Origin: Plasmodiophora brassicae
Lineage: Eukaryota
NCBI GenBank assembly: GCA_036867785.1
Contig: CP145424.1
Span: forward strand, 620,001-684,000
DNA: 64,000 nt
Direction: 5' to 3'
A program made the position numbers and the translations under genes. The number at the start of each line of letters is the position of its first letter. The first letter of the stretch is position 1. This document shows, piece after piece, positions 47,744 through 59,200 of the stretch. The notes beneath the pieces were generated by a model, which made no database searches, was not told the origin of the DNA, and saw only the letters and a program-made list of their open reading frames with translations.

Positions 47744-49761
47744 TTACGCAACCGGCCCCTTCTTCATCGCAACGTCGTCGTCCAGCGCCTTCGACGGTTC
47801 CACGACAAGGACCTCGACGGCGTTCGGCGATGCCGACGGGTCGGCATCGCCGGGCCTGCCTATTATCGACGATGTCGCAGATTCCGACGAGACGCCCGGC
47901 GATGATCTCGTCGTCTGGTTCGTCGGCGAGGACGCCGGCTTGGCAGGTACTAGCGGCGCCTCCTGTGGAACGGCCCCAGGCACAGCGAGCTTCGAGCTTC
48001 TCCGCTTGGCGGGGTCCGCAACCGCAACGCCGACGCCGTTGTTCTGCTTCGCATTCTTAGTCGCATCCGGGTCGGTGCGGTCGGCCCTCTGGGCCGGCTG
48101 CGATTTGGACGGGTCCAGGGCGGCGGGCGGGACGGACGAGCGCGGCGGCGGGATGGACCGGCTCCGGTTCTCGATGGCCAACGGGTTCAGAGGCGCGCGG
48201 GACCTCGCAGCGGACCGGCGCGGCGCCTTGAGGTTCTCGGCAGCGGCGGCCAACACCTTGGCCTCGTCGTATTCGAACCCGATGAACAGCGTCTGGTCCT
48301 TGACCTCGATGACGTCGTCAGGCGCCAGGACGTCCATCTGTCAACCAGACGTCGTTCAAACAGCACCCCCGACCGATCCTGAATTGGGCGGCTGACCGCG
48401 CAAACGTCCATCGGGAAGTTCTTCGCCGCGTCATGTTCGATCTCGATCGGCCCCTTGCCTTGGCACTAACAAACCTTCATCAGCCGCGTGCCCCGCTTCC
48501 GTCAACGTAACGAACCTTCCGCATCTCCGCCCAGCTGACATTCTTGAAGAACGGGTGCGCTTCAACTGACAGGACACAAGGTCGGTACCGGTGGGATAGC
48601 ATTGCCCCCCAACGACGCCAGACCTTGGGTCCAGTCCGTCAATCGTTGGGTCATGTCGTATTTCAGGAGACTCTCGATGAGGTCCTGGGCAACGGGAGAG
48701 ATCCCGCGCCAGGAGTTCGGCACGGCTCTCTGCTCCATCATCTGCTCGTTGCTGTGGAACGGCGCCCGGCCCTTGAACATGTAGTATATGGTCGCACCGA
48801 ACGCGAAGAAATCGGGCTCGAAACCTGGCACACCCGACGGTAAGCCCGGTATAATGCACATGGGGTCGTCTGCTTACTGTGCGATCGGCCTTTGATGCAT
48901 TCAGGCGGCATGAAGCCTGGCGTTCCGCCTCCGGTTGATGCTGAATGTACACACGATCAGCATTGTCGGGGGACAACGGCGGCCGCCCCCCCCTGGGCAC
49001 ACACTTTTGTAACCGTTGTCTTCCTCTAGAATGGTGGCCAGGCCAAAGTCCATGACGCGGGCGTGGCCGTTCTTGTCCAAGATCGTGTTGCTGGGCTTGA
49101 TATCCTACGAAGAGCAGTCGGACGCGGTTCTGCAAGGCGGACACGCGCCCTACATGATGGACGATGTACTTGTCGTGCAGCGCCTGACGAGAGAGGGTCA
49201 TGCAACGATCAGATGGGACGTTTGCGCAGAGCGAACCTGAATCCCTAGAGCGACCTCAGCGGCGTAGAAGACGGCAACGTCTTCAGTGAGGCCTATCCGT
49301 TTGTCGATATAGAAGCCCAGGTCGCCGCCAGGCAGGAAATCCATGACCAGGTACAGGCTGGCCCTGTCCTGGAACGCCCAGTGCAGGTTCGGGATGAACG
49401 GCGACTTGACGATGCGCAGCACGTTCCGCTCCAGCCAGGCGACCGACAGGTGCCACGACGACTGCTGCAGCGTGATCTTCGCCATCGTCTTCATCGCGAA
49501 CAGCTCATCGGGCTTCTGCGGCGGCGTCGTCTTCTGTTGAAACGCGGACGCGCGTCAGCGAACCTGGCATTGCCCGAGCGTCGCTGGTGGCCACCTAACC
49601 GTGACGACATGGACCAGACCGAATCCGCCTGCACAACGCGTCAGGTCGATTGCCAACGGGACGCGGCCGTCTGGCAGACCTTTGCCGATGGCGCGAATTT
49701 TCGTGAAATGGGTGATGTCGACATGGTCCAGGTTCGGCACCAGCGACGAGCCGCAGCCCAT
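47744..49761 (-). CDS. AGC/STK32(YANK)-like Ser/Thr kinase B, inverted paralogue of kinase A
   Basis: MGCGSS, HFTKIRAIGKG, FAMKTM, IVHH|DIKPSN, MDFGLA, GTPGFMPPE, EPDFFAFG. Confidence 0.85.
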
Positions 49762-49854
49762 GGCGACGATCGACCTCTACCGTCCACGGCCAGGCGATCG
49801 TACTCGGAGATTTCGCCATAGACCGATCCTACCAAGGACAGCACGCGCGATCGT

Positions 49855-52029
49855 TTATGCAGACGAAGGCGACGCGGACGCCTGTTTCGGCCTCGGCTTG
49901 CCGTTCTCGTCCACGTACGGGTTGTCGGGCGCCCGGCAGTGGATTCGAACAGGGACGCCGTCCAGGTCGAACTCCTGCTGGATGGCGTACGCCATCTCGC
50001 GCAGGAACGCCTCCGCCTTCTCCAGGCCGCGCGTCCCGAACACGCAGAACTGTGCCAGGCGACGTGTTGTGTCAGCCCCGAATGGTGTATGCAGCGCAGT
50101 TACATACGGTAGGCGGGCGTGTCTTCACTTGCGTGATGTACCGAATGCGCATGCGCTTGCCGCCCTTGCCGAGCGGCAACGTGGAGCCGCGTAGGAACTC
50201 GGACAGCCACCTGGGTGAGCCGTCAGAACGTCTGGGGGACCCGCACGGGACATGCCAAGGGTACCGATTGAGGAGACCGGTCCCGGTGCGGCTGTTCCAC
50301 CGGTCGAACGAGTGGACGGCGGTGGACAGGACCGAGTCGATGTGGTCCCGGTTCAGCGCCGAGATGGGCACGATCTGGACGCCGGCCGCTTGCGGGACCT
50401 CGGCGCCGAACGACGCGCGGATGTCCCTCAGGAAACGTTTGCGTTCGCCCGCCGGGATCTGGTCCCATTTGTTGGCGACAACGGTCAGGCACCGGCCGTT
50501 TTCGGTGACCTGCACGTAAAGCACAAGGTCGGTACCGCTTTCGGATCATCGTGAATGGGGCAGTCCTGACGTGTCGGGCGATGGCGACCTCTTTGCGAGG
50601 GAATTTGATGCCTTCGTCTGATGCCAGAGAAGTGGCATCCAGTAACAGGGCGACGACGTTGGCGAACCGGACCGCCCGTAGTGACTGGTTCATCCCGCGC
50701 GCGTCCTACAGCGTTGTCAGATCAGACCGCCAGTCGGAAGACGATAGCGACAACCTGCTTGGAGTGCTTGGAGAAGGACATGGGTGTCACGCCCGTTATT
50801 CCAGCCGTGTCGACTAAATCAATTTCACGTCCTGGATGAAGGGAATCAGAAGCGGAATTACAAGACGCGAGGGATCGGGGACCTTGGAAGGAGATCTGCG
50901 TAACGATCGAGTCGCGAGTGATTCCAGCCGTAGGCCCTGATAACCATAAGATCAGAAGCGAGGGTCGAAGCCGATGACGTCTCAAGTTGACCTGTCAGGC
51001 ATCGAGTCGGATCTCCCACCAGGGCATTCACCAATGTAGATTTGCCAACGTTCGGTCGGCCAACGATCTGCAAAGTACATGCTGAGCATTACAGTTGTAT
51101 GGCGACCGATCCAGGGCCACGTACAGCAAGTCGCAGCCGGTCACCTTCCTGGGCGGCTTGTTCAGCATCGACCGCAGGGATTTCTGCAACAAGCATCAGA
51201 CGGACCACCACCCCGGACAGATACGGGGCGTACCAATGCCCTCCAGCGCATCCTTCATGGCATTGAACAGCCCAATGCGACCTTCGCCGTGCATGGCCGA
51301 GAACGGGACAGGTTCACCGAATCCTCTACGGGCAACGATGAAATCAAATGACCGGAGGCAGACCGTTCAGCAACTGACAGGCGGGATGCCTCGACCAGGT
51401 TCTCCTCCGGAAGGTGACCTTCACATTTGTTTGCAACGCAAATGACCTGATCGAAACATCACACGCGTGCCTCGTCGATGGTTCCCCATAGGCCTACCCT
51501 GGTCGTATGGCCATGATGGTTTTTCAAGTGCCGACGAAGCCACCTGGCAAAGTGTTCGTCCACGGATGTAATCCCTGAACATGGTGGGCGTTCTGGAACT
51601 AGGAGCGTAAAACCGATGGGGTACCTTCTCGCCCGTCGACGAGGAAGATGACGACATCGGCCTGTTCGGCGGCGAGCTGACTCTGCACCATCATATCGCG
51701 CTCGAGCGACGCAGGCGAGGCATCCTCGAGACCGGGCGTGTCGATCAGCGTGAAGCGCAGGTCGAACAGCGACACCGGATACTCCAGTCGGTCCCGCGTC
51801 ATACCAGGTGCCTCATCGGTGAGCGCTACACCAGCCCATCCCAGTCCCGTCAACGACGGCATCGATTCGCGCACAGGTATTACCTACCTAGCCTCCTGTT
51901 CGTTAAACGATTGAAGAACGTTGATTTGCCGGTATTGGGTCGGCCGATGATAGCGACCCGAGGCAGGGCGGTTGCCGTTGCGAACCATCGCAGGGGCTGG
52001 GAGGTGCACCACGCCACCACGCGCAACAT
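49855..52029 (-). CDS. der: EngA/Der double-GTPase, probably organelle-targeted (multi-exon)
   Basis: Two G domains (GRPNTGKSTFFNRL, PGMTRD, DTPG; GRPNVGKSTLVNAL, GITRD, DTAG, NKWD) and KH-like C-terminus IRYITQVKTRPPT...FDLDGVPVRI. Confidence 0.88.
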
Positions 52030-52267
52030 CCGTTTGATGGTGCAGTCCCGGAGTTCGACAACGGTCGCCAAACGGCCTACCGTATAACGTATCTACCTAC
52101 ATACGATATAGTCCTATGATTTGGGCCACCATCACCGCCGGGGCAGCCGCTGATGCAGTAGAATTGTGGGACCACGTTCCAAGACGTGCGAATCCGGTCA
52201 CACGCAACCTGCCCGTCTTCGGTCACTAACCGTGATCTGCCCGACGGGCGCACTATCGAAAAGTGCG

Positions 52268-52298
<31 letters not shown>

Positions 52299-52435
52299 GA
52301 CATGTGCGACTTTTGGGCCCTCGCCACGCCGTATGTTATGGCACGGCCGCGACGGGGGTCGCGCAGCCGCGCAGTTTGAATAAACGTCCACGGCAACCGA
52401 CGGCTTCGGCAGTCCAAATACACGATAGATTTGAC

Positions 52436-52835
52436 CTAATTGTCACAGCGCACGTTCCCCTAATTGTCACAGCGCACGTTCCCCTAATTGTCACAGCGCA
52501 CGTTCCCCTAATTGTCACAGCGCACGTTCCCCTAATTGTCACAGCGCACGTCCCCCTAATTGTCACAGCGCACGTTCCCCTAATTGTCACAGCGCACGTC
52601 CCCCTAATTGTCACAGCGCACGTTCCCCTAATTGTCACAGCGCACGTTCCCCTAATTGTCACAGCGCACGTTCCCCTAATTGTCACAGCGCACGTTCCCC
52701 TAATTGTCACAGCGCACGTTCCCCTAATTGTCACAGCGCACGTTCCCCTAATTGTCACAGCGCACGTTCCCCTAATTGTCACAGCGCACGTTCCCCTAAT
52801 TGTCACAGCGCACGTTCCCCTAATTGTCACAGCGC
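52436..52835. repeat. 24-bp minisatellite, 16 full copies plus a partial
   Basis: Unit ctaattgtcacagcgcacgttccc, near-perfect; two copies carry a t>c variant. Confidence 0.97.
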
Positions 52836-53216
52836 CAGTGTCTGTTGGGCAGTTACGGACTGCGCCAGTCGGGCAGTTCTGGGGCAGCTGCGGGGCGGCT
52901 GATCGGTTATATACCAATATCTCTCCCGTGTTTCAATGGGCATTTCAGTAATTCCCCTTTTTAAGATTCCTTCTAATAAGCCCTGGATGCCTGCGTCGGG
53001 TTCGAAATGACGGCCTAAGCAAGATCCGTATCTTGGTTAATTCAAGCCGAGGATTGCCCATGACGGTCAGAGACCGCCAATTTGTTGCAACTTGTAACTG
53101 CTCGCCGTACCGCGTAAAAGTTTGTGGAAGGTGCATTGCACACGATTGCCAATCCGGACAGGTATGGGTGACGGAGGGTCGGCAGCGCTAACAGCAAGCG
53201 ATTCTCTGGAGCCGAA

Positions 53217-53425
53217 TTGCGATGGTCAACACCTGAGAAGCTGGCAGCCTCCATAATCAAAGCGACTGAGCGTGGTGACTTCCTTCTACAGACGTCAGTA
53301 GTACCCGAATTCCTCGTGTACTGCGACCACCGCAACCTCACATTAATCTTTGCGAAGGACGCTGAGATGAAGAAGCACACGGCGCAGAAGATCGGGCGCT
53401 GGGCGCTTCATCTGCAAGGAACCGA
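53217..53425 (+). mobile_element. Ty3/Gypsy RNase H fragment
   Basis: RWSTPEK...FLVYCDHRNL..IF...AQKIGRWALHLQG. Confidence 0.8.
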
Positions 53426-53431
53426 ATGTCG

Positions 53432-53695
53432 CGTCTGCTTGTCTCGTTCCGCTTCGTTGTTCTTGTTACGACCGGCGGTCTCTTCCGTCCCTTTTGTTTG
53501 TGTGAATTGTTTCCGATTGTATCTGATGACACGCACGCGCTCCGGCTCGACGGGCTCGATCGGTTGATGACGAAGCCAAATGCCCAACTCCAGTGCCATC
53601 TCCTCCATCTTCCATCGACCCACCAACATTGATTGCCTGTCGTGGACGCCGCCGAGCGCGCGCTTGCGGGCGCTTTACGGGCCTTCCAGCTCGAG
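53432..53695 (+). repeat. Dispersed repeat (partner of 39776-40033)
   Basis: Direct sequence similarity to the reverse complement of 39776-40033. Confidence 0.75.
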
Positions 53696-54249
53696 CAGGA
53701 GGCATTCTTCATTGAGATGCGAGCTCGCCCCGAGGAGTAGCTGAGGACCTTCAGCACGGCGCTCGCCGGGCATAGCCGCTCCTTCGCTGCCCAAGGGAAA
53801 CCGATGCCGCCAACGCCCATATTGCAGGACACCAATCCCTCTGAGACACCTGCTGCTGAAGAGTCGCCGCATCGATCTCGCATTAACCGATCCAGTTGTA
53901 ACTACGACAAAGGTTTCTCTGAGTGCATTTTCCGGCGACCCTGATGATCTGCCGGCGAGCGATTGACTCGATCTGTTTGCTAGCATTGCCCGCGTCGACC
54001 TCACGTCAACCCTGCCACTGTCCGATGGCGTTCGCGCGCTCCTGGCCAGCTGTTTGAAGGGCGAAGCGCGCTACGTGTCTCGTCAGCTTGGTGCGACCGC
54101 TTCTGATTTAGCGTCGTTCGCCGCGCTGTTACGTTTCCATTTCCCAGAACCGGCCGTCGAGGACTTGGAACCCTAGTTCGATACGCTTCGGCAAACGGGA
54201 CCTTTCGATGCACATCTACGTCGTTTTATGTACAAGTTGTATAGAGCTC

Positions 54250-54776
54250 GTCATTGTCATCGCTGTCGGGACGTGGATCTGTTGTGTCCTTGACGGGAGG
54301 TAGCACCGCGAGAAGACCCTCGTTCTCCGCGAGGAGATCCTCGTTCGCCGCGAGGAAATTGTGAACCGCCGGCTGATGCAACTGCTAGCGGTGTCCGGTG
54401 CAGCCTTGCCCGAGGACGCGAGGGCGCAGTTGGCCATCCAGGTGGCAAAGTCGACAACGATGACAATGACTGTGAACAGAATAATGAACACCGCCCAAAG
54501 ATACGGTTCGGCCATTATGCAGGCGCATCATTCAACTAAAGGCGCTGTCAGTTGCCACCTGGATGGCCGGCTGCGCCCTCGCGTCCTCGGGCAGGCTGCG
54601 CCGGACACCGACAGGAGTTGCATCAGCCGGCAGCAATTTCCTCGCGGTGAACGAGGATCTCCTCGCGGCGCTGCCTCCTGCCAAGGACACAGTAGATCCA
54701 CGTACCGGCAGCGATGACAATGACTGTGCACAGAAGGATGAACACCGCCCAAAGATACGGTTCGGCCATTATGCAG
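54250..54776. repeat. Rearranged duplicate of a small single-TM gene: inverted repeat 54250-54448/54552-54724 and direct repeat 54458-54522/54712-54776
   Basis: Two MAEPYLWAVFI starts on the - strand; the 3' part of one copy is inverted; both copies carry a stop or frameshift. Confidence 0.75.
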
Positions 54777-55088
54777 TGATTATTGAAGCTGCAATCGCGG
54801 CGTCCATCTCCATAACAAGGCAATATGCGAATGCCGTTTCCATCCCCATCCCATCCTTGACGACGACGACGCGTCCGCCTCGCCCCGGTTCAGCCCCCCC
54901 TTTTCACACAGAGTCCCAGAGCGTGGCACGGACTCCACGGACTGCAGCGGACTGCACGGCATCGTACCGTACGGCGCCGTGCAGTCGTACATAGCACGAA
55001 CGACTGGCGAACTCTAAAAAATCGCGCGAAAATGTAACGGTTAGCGAACTTCTAAAATTAATGTATTCATATCAAACGAGCTGAAGCG

Positions 55089-56038
55089 TCAAGATATCGG
55101 CGAGACGGACGTAGGCGCAATCAACTTCTGTGCAGGTCTGGGGACGGGCTTCGCGTTCAAGACGTAGTCGCCCGGGATGAACGACTCGCGGATGACGAGC
55201 TCGTTGCCGCACATTGGACTCGTCCTCCGCACCCTGGCTTCATCGACGACCTTATGAAGTTCATCCATGGCCGACTGGGGTGCTGACAGGTACGTCGTCA
55301 CCCATTTCGGAGAGATCGGCCGGAAGTGATTGCATGTCGAATCCCAGATATTGTCCAGAGGAGGTTCAGCTTTCAACTTGGCGACAACTGTAAATCGTGT
55401 GAAGCCGTCGAGACGTGTACTCGGAGCATGGTTGATGGCGTGTTGCACCAGAGGGCATAGTAGGGCCAGTTGTAGGAGCTGATATGGCGCCCCTCGTTGA
55501 GAACGTTTCGCAGGATGTCAACTATTGTGCGGTTGGCGCGTTCCAGTACAGTACCGTTTGCCCATGGGCGGTACGCCAGCGTTATCATGTGATGCTCCAC
55601 GTATCGCAGCCGGGTCATGAGCTCGTTGATGAACTCGGCGGTAAATTGGGGTCCACCGCTTACCATCGGTGACAAGATATTGTGGGGGTTTAAAGTCGGC
55701 AATCAATTGGGATAATGCCTCTGCCGCAGCACGACTGGTCGCTTCAGCGCATGGAATCAAGCGGACCAGACCACTGAAGTCGTCCTTCATCACGAGGATG
55801 TACTTGTACGAGCGATCTGTTCCTCGAACTGGTTCCACGTTCAAGTAATCCATGTGCAGGACCTGGAACGGCATCTGACCATGTAGTGCTTGATCGCCAA
55901 GGGGACTTGGGACCTTCGCGCCTCCTCGCGTTGGGACGCATTGAAAGACACTACTGGCACATCTGCTGAATGTCCATGTCCATGCCCGGCAAAGCAAAGC
56001 GCGTTGTGGTTGCCTCTTTGGTAACGTCGCAAGCACGA
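55089..56038 (-). mobile_element. Degenerate older Gypsy integrase (downstream part), interrupted by the intact element
   Basis: PFQVLHMDYL, YKYILVMKDDFSG, AYRPWANGT..ERANR, FIPGDYVL; frameshifted. Confidence 0.85.
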
Positions 56039-56235
56039 TGTGCTAACGCCGCCGCTGCCCACTACGGGGGCGGTCGGTCGCAAGAGTCGGCGCCTGGTGA
56101 TATAACGAACTGATGTATTTGGACAGGATCGTCACAGCAAGGGCCGCTGCGGGGTCGAGTACGGTCATGATCATGTGACCGGGTGGCAGCAGCATCTGAG
56201 CAGCATCATCTGAGTACTGGTACTCTGGATGAACA
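56039..56235 (-). repeat. 3' LTR
   Basis: 197 bp, identical by eye to 61178-61374. Confidence 0.95.
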
Positions 56236-56244
56236 CTCCCCGTG

Positions 56245-59200
56245 TTAGAAATCTGCTAACAGTCGTGAGCAGAGCGGGTCTCCTTCGGCTTGTCGTTCGA
56301 GGAAGGCCCTGACGATATCAGGAACATCGGCCGCCATGACCGAGTAAGGTTCCCATGAATTGTCGGTGGCATCGAATCCGATCCAGTTGATCAGTAGTTC
56401 AGTGTCACCTGACGTAGAGTTGACTCGAATGTCCTCGACTGCGTTGACTTGGTAAGCCACGCCGGTGAGCGCGATGTTGTGCTTCAGGGAAGAGGTGACA
56501 TTCAAGTGCGCATCTGCATAGAACATTAAGCGCTGGGCGTGTACATCTGAGATACGATCAGTCAAGAGATCTCGAACTCGATACACCCAGTCGTTGATGG
56601 TGTCGATAATCTGGGCAGGTCCAGTCCAGTTGTACTCGGACTTGGAGTGCTTGCCATGGTTGGCCACGAGAACATAGTCGCCCGTCGTGAAGTTGATCTC
56701 GCGAACATTGCGTCGGCGACGCCGGGCGCGTTGCTTGAGATCACGTAGATGGGTGCGTGTACGTGCCACTGCTTTGTGCATGTCCTCGAGAGAATCGATA
56801 AGTTCCGTCGTCATTTCCTTGAGACGGTCAGGGGTCAACGGTACGTCGATAACCGCGTCGATGCGTTTGTTGAAGATAATCGAGATAGGTGTCGAGGGTG
56901 GCAAACCCGTAAACATCGTGACAGGCGCGTAGCCCACACTTGATCGAACAGTGTGATTTACCGTCATGTTGATCAGCGGAAGGACATACGGCCAATCCTG
57001 GAATGGAAGATTTAGCTCGGAGAGGAGGGACTTCAGCAGAAAGAGAAGCCGCTTGTTGACAACCTCAACCGTGCCGTTCGCCCAAGGTGTGTAGGCAGTT
57101 GTGAAATGATGGTTGCAGTGTAACCGGCTATTAAGCTCGGCGATAACCGCGTTTTTGAAGTGTGTGCCGCGGTCAGAGACATGTTGGAAAACAATGCCGA
57201 AACGTTTGAACCAATCCAGAAGAGATTCGGCGACAACGCTGTGATCCGCGAATTGACAAGGAATTAACTCGACGAATGCCGTGGCGTCGTCCTTCAGAAC
57301 CAGAACATAACGAAGTTGATGAGAATCGCCTGGACGAGGTTTGGATAAGAACAGAAAGTCATAGTGGATGACCTTATTGGGCTTGTCCGCATGCATAGCC
57401 GTGCCAAAAGGTCGGGGAATCATCGAATCTTTGTTGCGTAGGCAGTGTAAGCATTTGTCCACAAATGCACGAACAAAGGAATCCAGATCAGGCCACCAGA
57501 AGAGTTGTGCGATGCTCGAAATAGTCGATGCAGCAGGTTGATGACCAGACAGTCCCATATGTGAAATCACTGCGATGCGTAGCTGCAGTGCATGTGATGG
57601 TACCCAGAGTTGATTGTCTGGAGTACGCCAGCCAGATTCCGGGCTAAGGTGGAGAGACATGTCCCCTTCGAGTTGGAGAATATCGGAAACGGCAGATAGG
57701 TCGTGTTGGCGAATGTAGTCGGTCTGAGCGTTACTAATCTCGTCGACAGACGGCCAGATAAACTCATCGGTCATCTTGTAATCGTCGAAGTCAAGATTAA
57801 TTGCCATATGACGAATAGAACGGAACGATGGAGGGGAAAATGAGGAGAGTGGTTGCAGGGCGACGCCCCACCGCGTGGCGAGGTCGGCCCAAACGTTGTC
57901 CTCCCCAGCAATGTGCTCAATGTGAAAATCTAGGTCGATAATCTGAAGTCGCCAGCGCTCCAAGCGATCGCCGGTCGTCCGACTAATTCGTGCAACCGAG
58001 GCTGGGTTCAGAATGAAAACCAAATTACGGTGGTCTGTGAAGATTCGAAGTGCCAGCTTTGACATAGAGATGAAGTGTCTGAGGCGATAGCAGCCTTCAA
58101 TGATGGCGTAGGCCTCCTTCTCAATGGTCGCCCACTTCAATTGAGAACCACGGAATGTCCCCGAGATGAACGACAAAGGTTCGTGGTGTTGCTCACCGTA
58201 CGGGAGATCAATATCTTCCGGAGGGATCTGCGACAGGAAAACAGACCAGAAACGGTCACTCGCATCCGGAAAGAGACACATGATCCATTCGTCCTTGGTG
58301 TGCGCCAGCGTCATGGCCTCCGATAGTCGATGCTTCAGAGAATTGAAACTGGTGAGATGGTCAGTGGTCCAGCCGATGTCGGCTAAACGAACTCGACGTA
58401 GGTGTGATTTCTTCAGACTGCTGACAGAACGAGAAGCGGACAGAAGTAGATCCTGTAGCGGATGAACATGTGCCGCGAATTGAGGGATAACAGAACGGAC
58501 CCAATTGAGGCCCGAGAGGAACTGTTGGAGATCAGCAGCCGTGATAGGAGTTGATAGATCGTGCAAGGCGTTGAGATACGAGCGATCGAACGACACTCCA
58601 TCAGCGGATATAACGCGACCGCACCATGTCACTGAAGTGAGATATAACTGGCAGCGATCAGGGTTGAGTTTAACTCCAAACTCGTCGAAAGCGTTGAGAA
58701 GAGATTCGAGTGTGTCCATGTAGGCTCCGAATCCAGATACGTAGCCGAGGATATCGTCGATCCAGAGTAGGGCGCAGATATATAGAAGTTTCCCCAACAC
58801 CTGTTGCATTCCCGCCTGGAACGCAAACACGCAATCAGCGATTCCCTGGATGATGCGCCTGGGTGTAAACGTGGCGATGTGCGTCATGAACGAGCAGGCC
58901 TCCTGCGAATCAGGGTGCAACGGAAATTGCCAATAGCCTTTAAAGGCATCGAACAGCATGAAGATGGTCGCGGAACGTAGGTAGGTCAGGATGATGTCGA
59001 TGTGAGGCATCGGCCATGCAATGCGTTCGGTCTGTTTGTTGACGGCTTCATTGATGTCGACGGTCAGCCGATGGCCGCGAACCTCCGTGTCCTTCTTGTC
59101 GACGACCAGACACGGCGACGCGTACCTGCTGTGCGGATTGCGGTACACAAAATCGTTTTCCGCCAAGGTTCCTACGTGATCATCCATGAATTTTTGATGT

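Noticed and set aside
52436-52835. CRISPR array or (LIVTAHVP)n repeat protein
   Set aside because: Units are contiguous with no spacers and no cas genes; the ORFs arise only because a 24-bp unit lacks stops in some frames.
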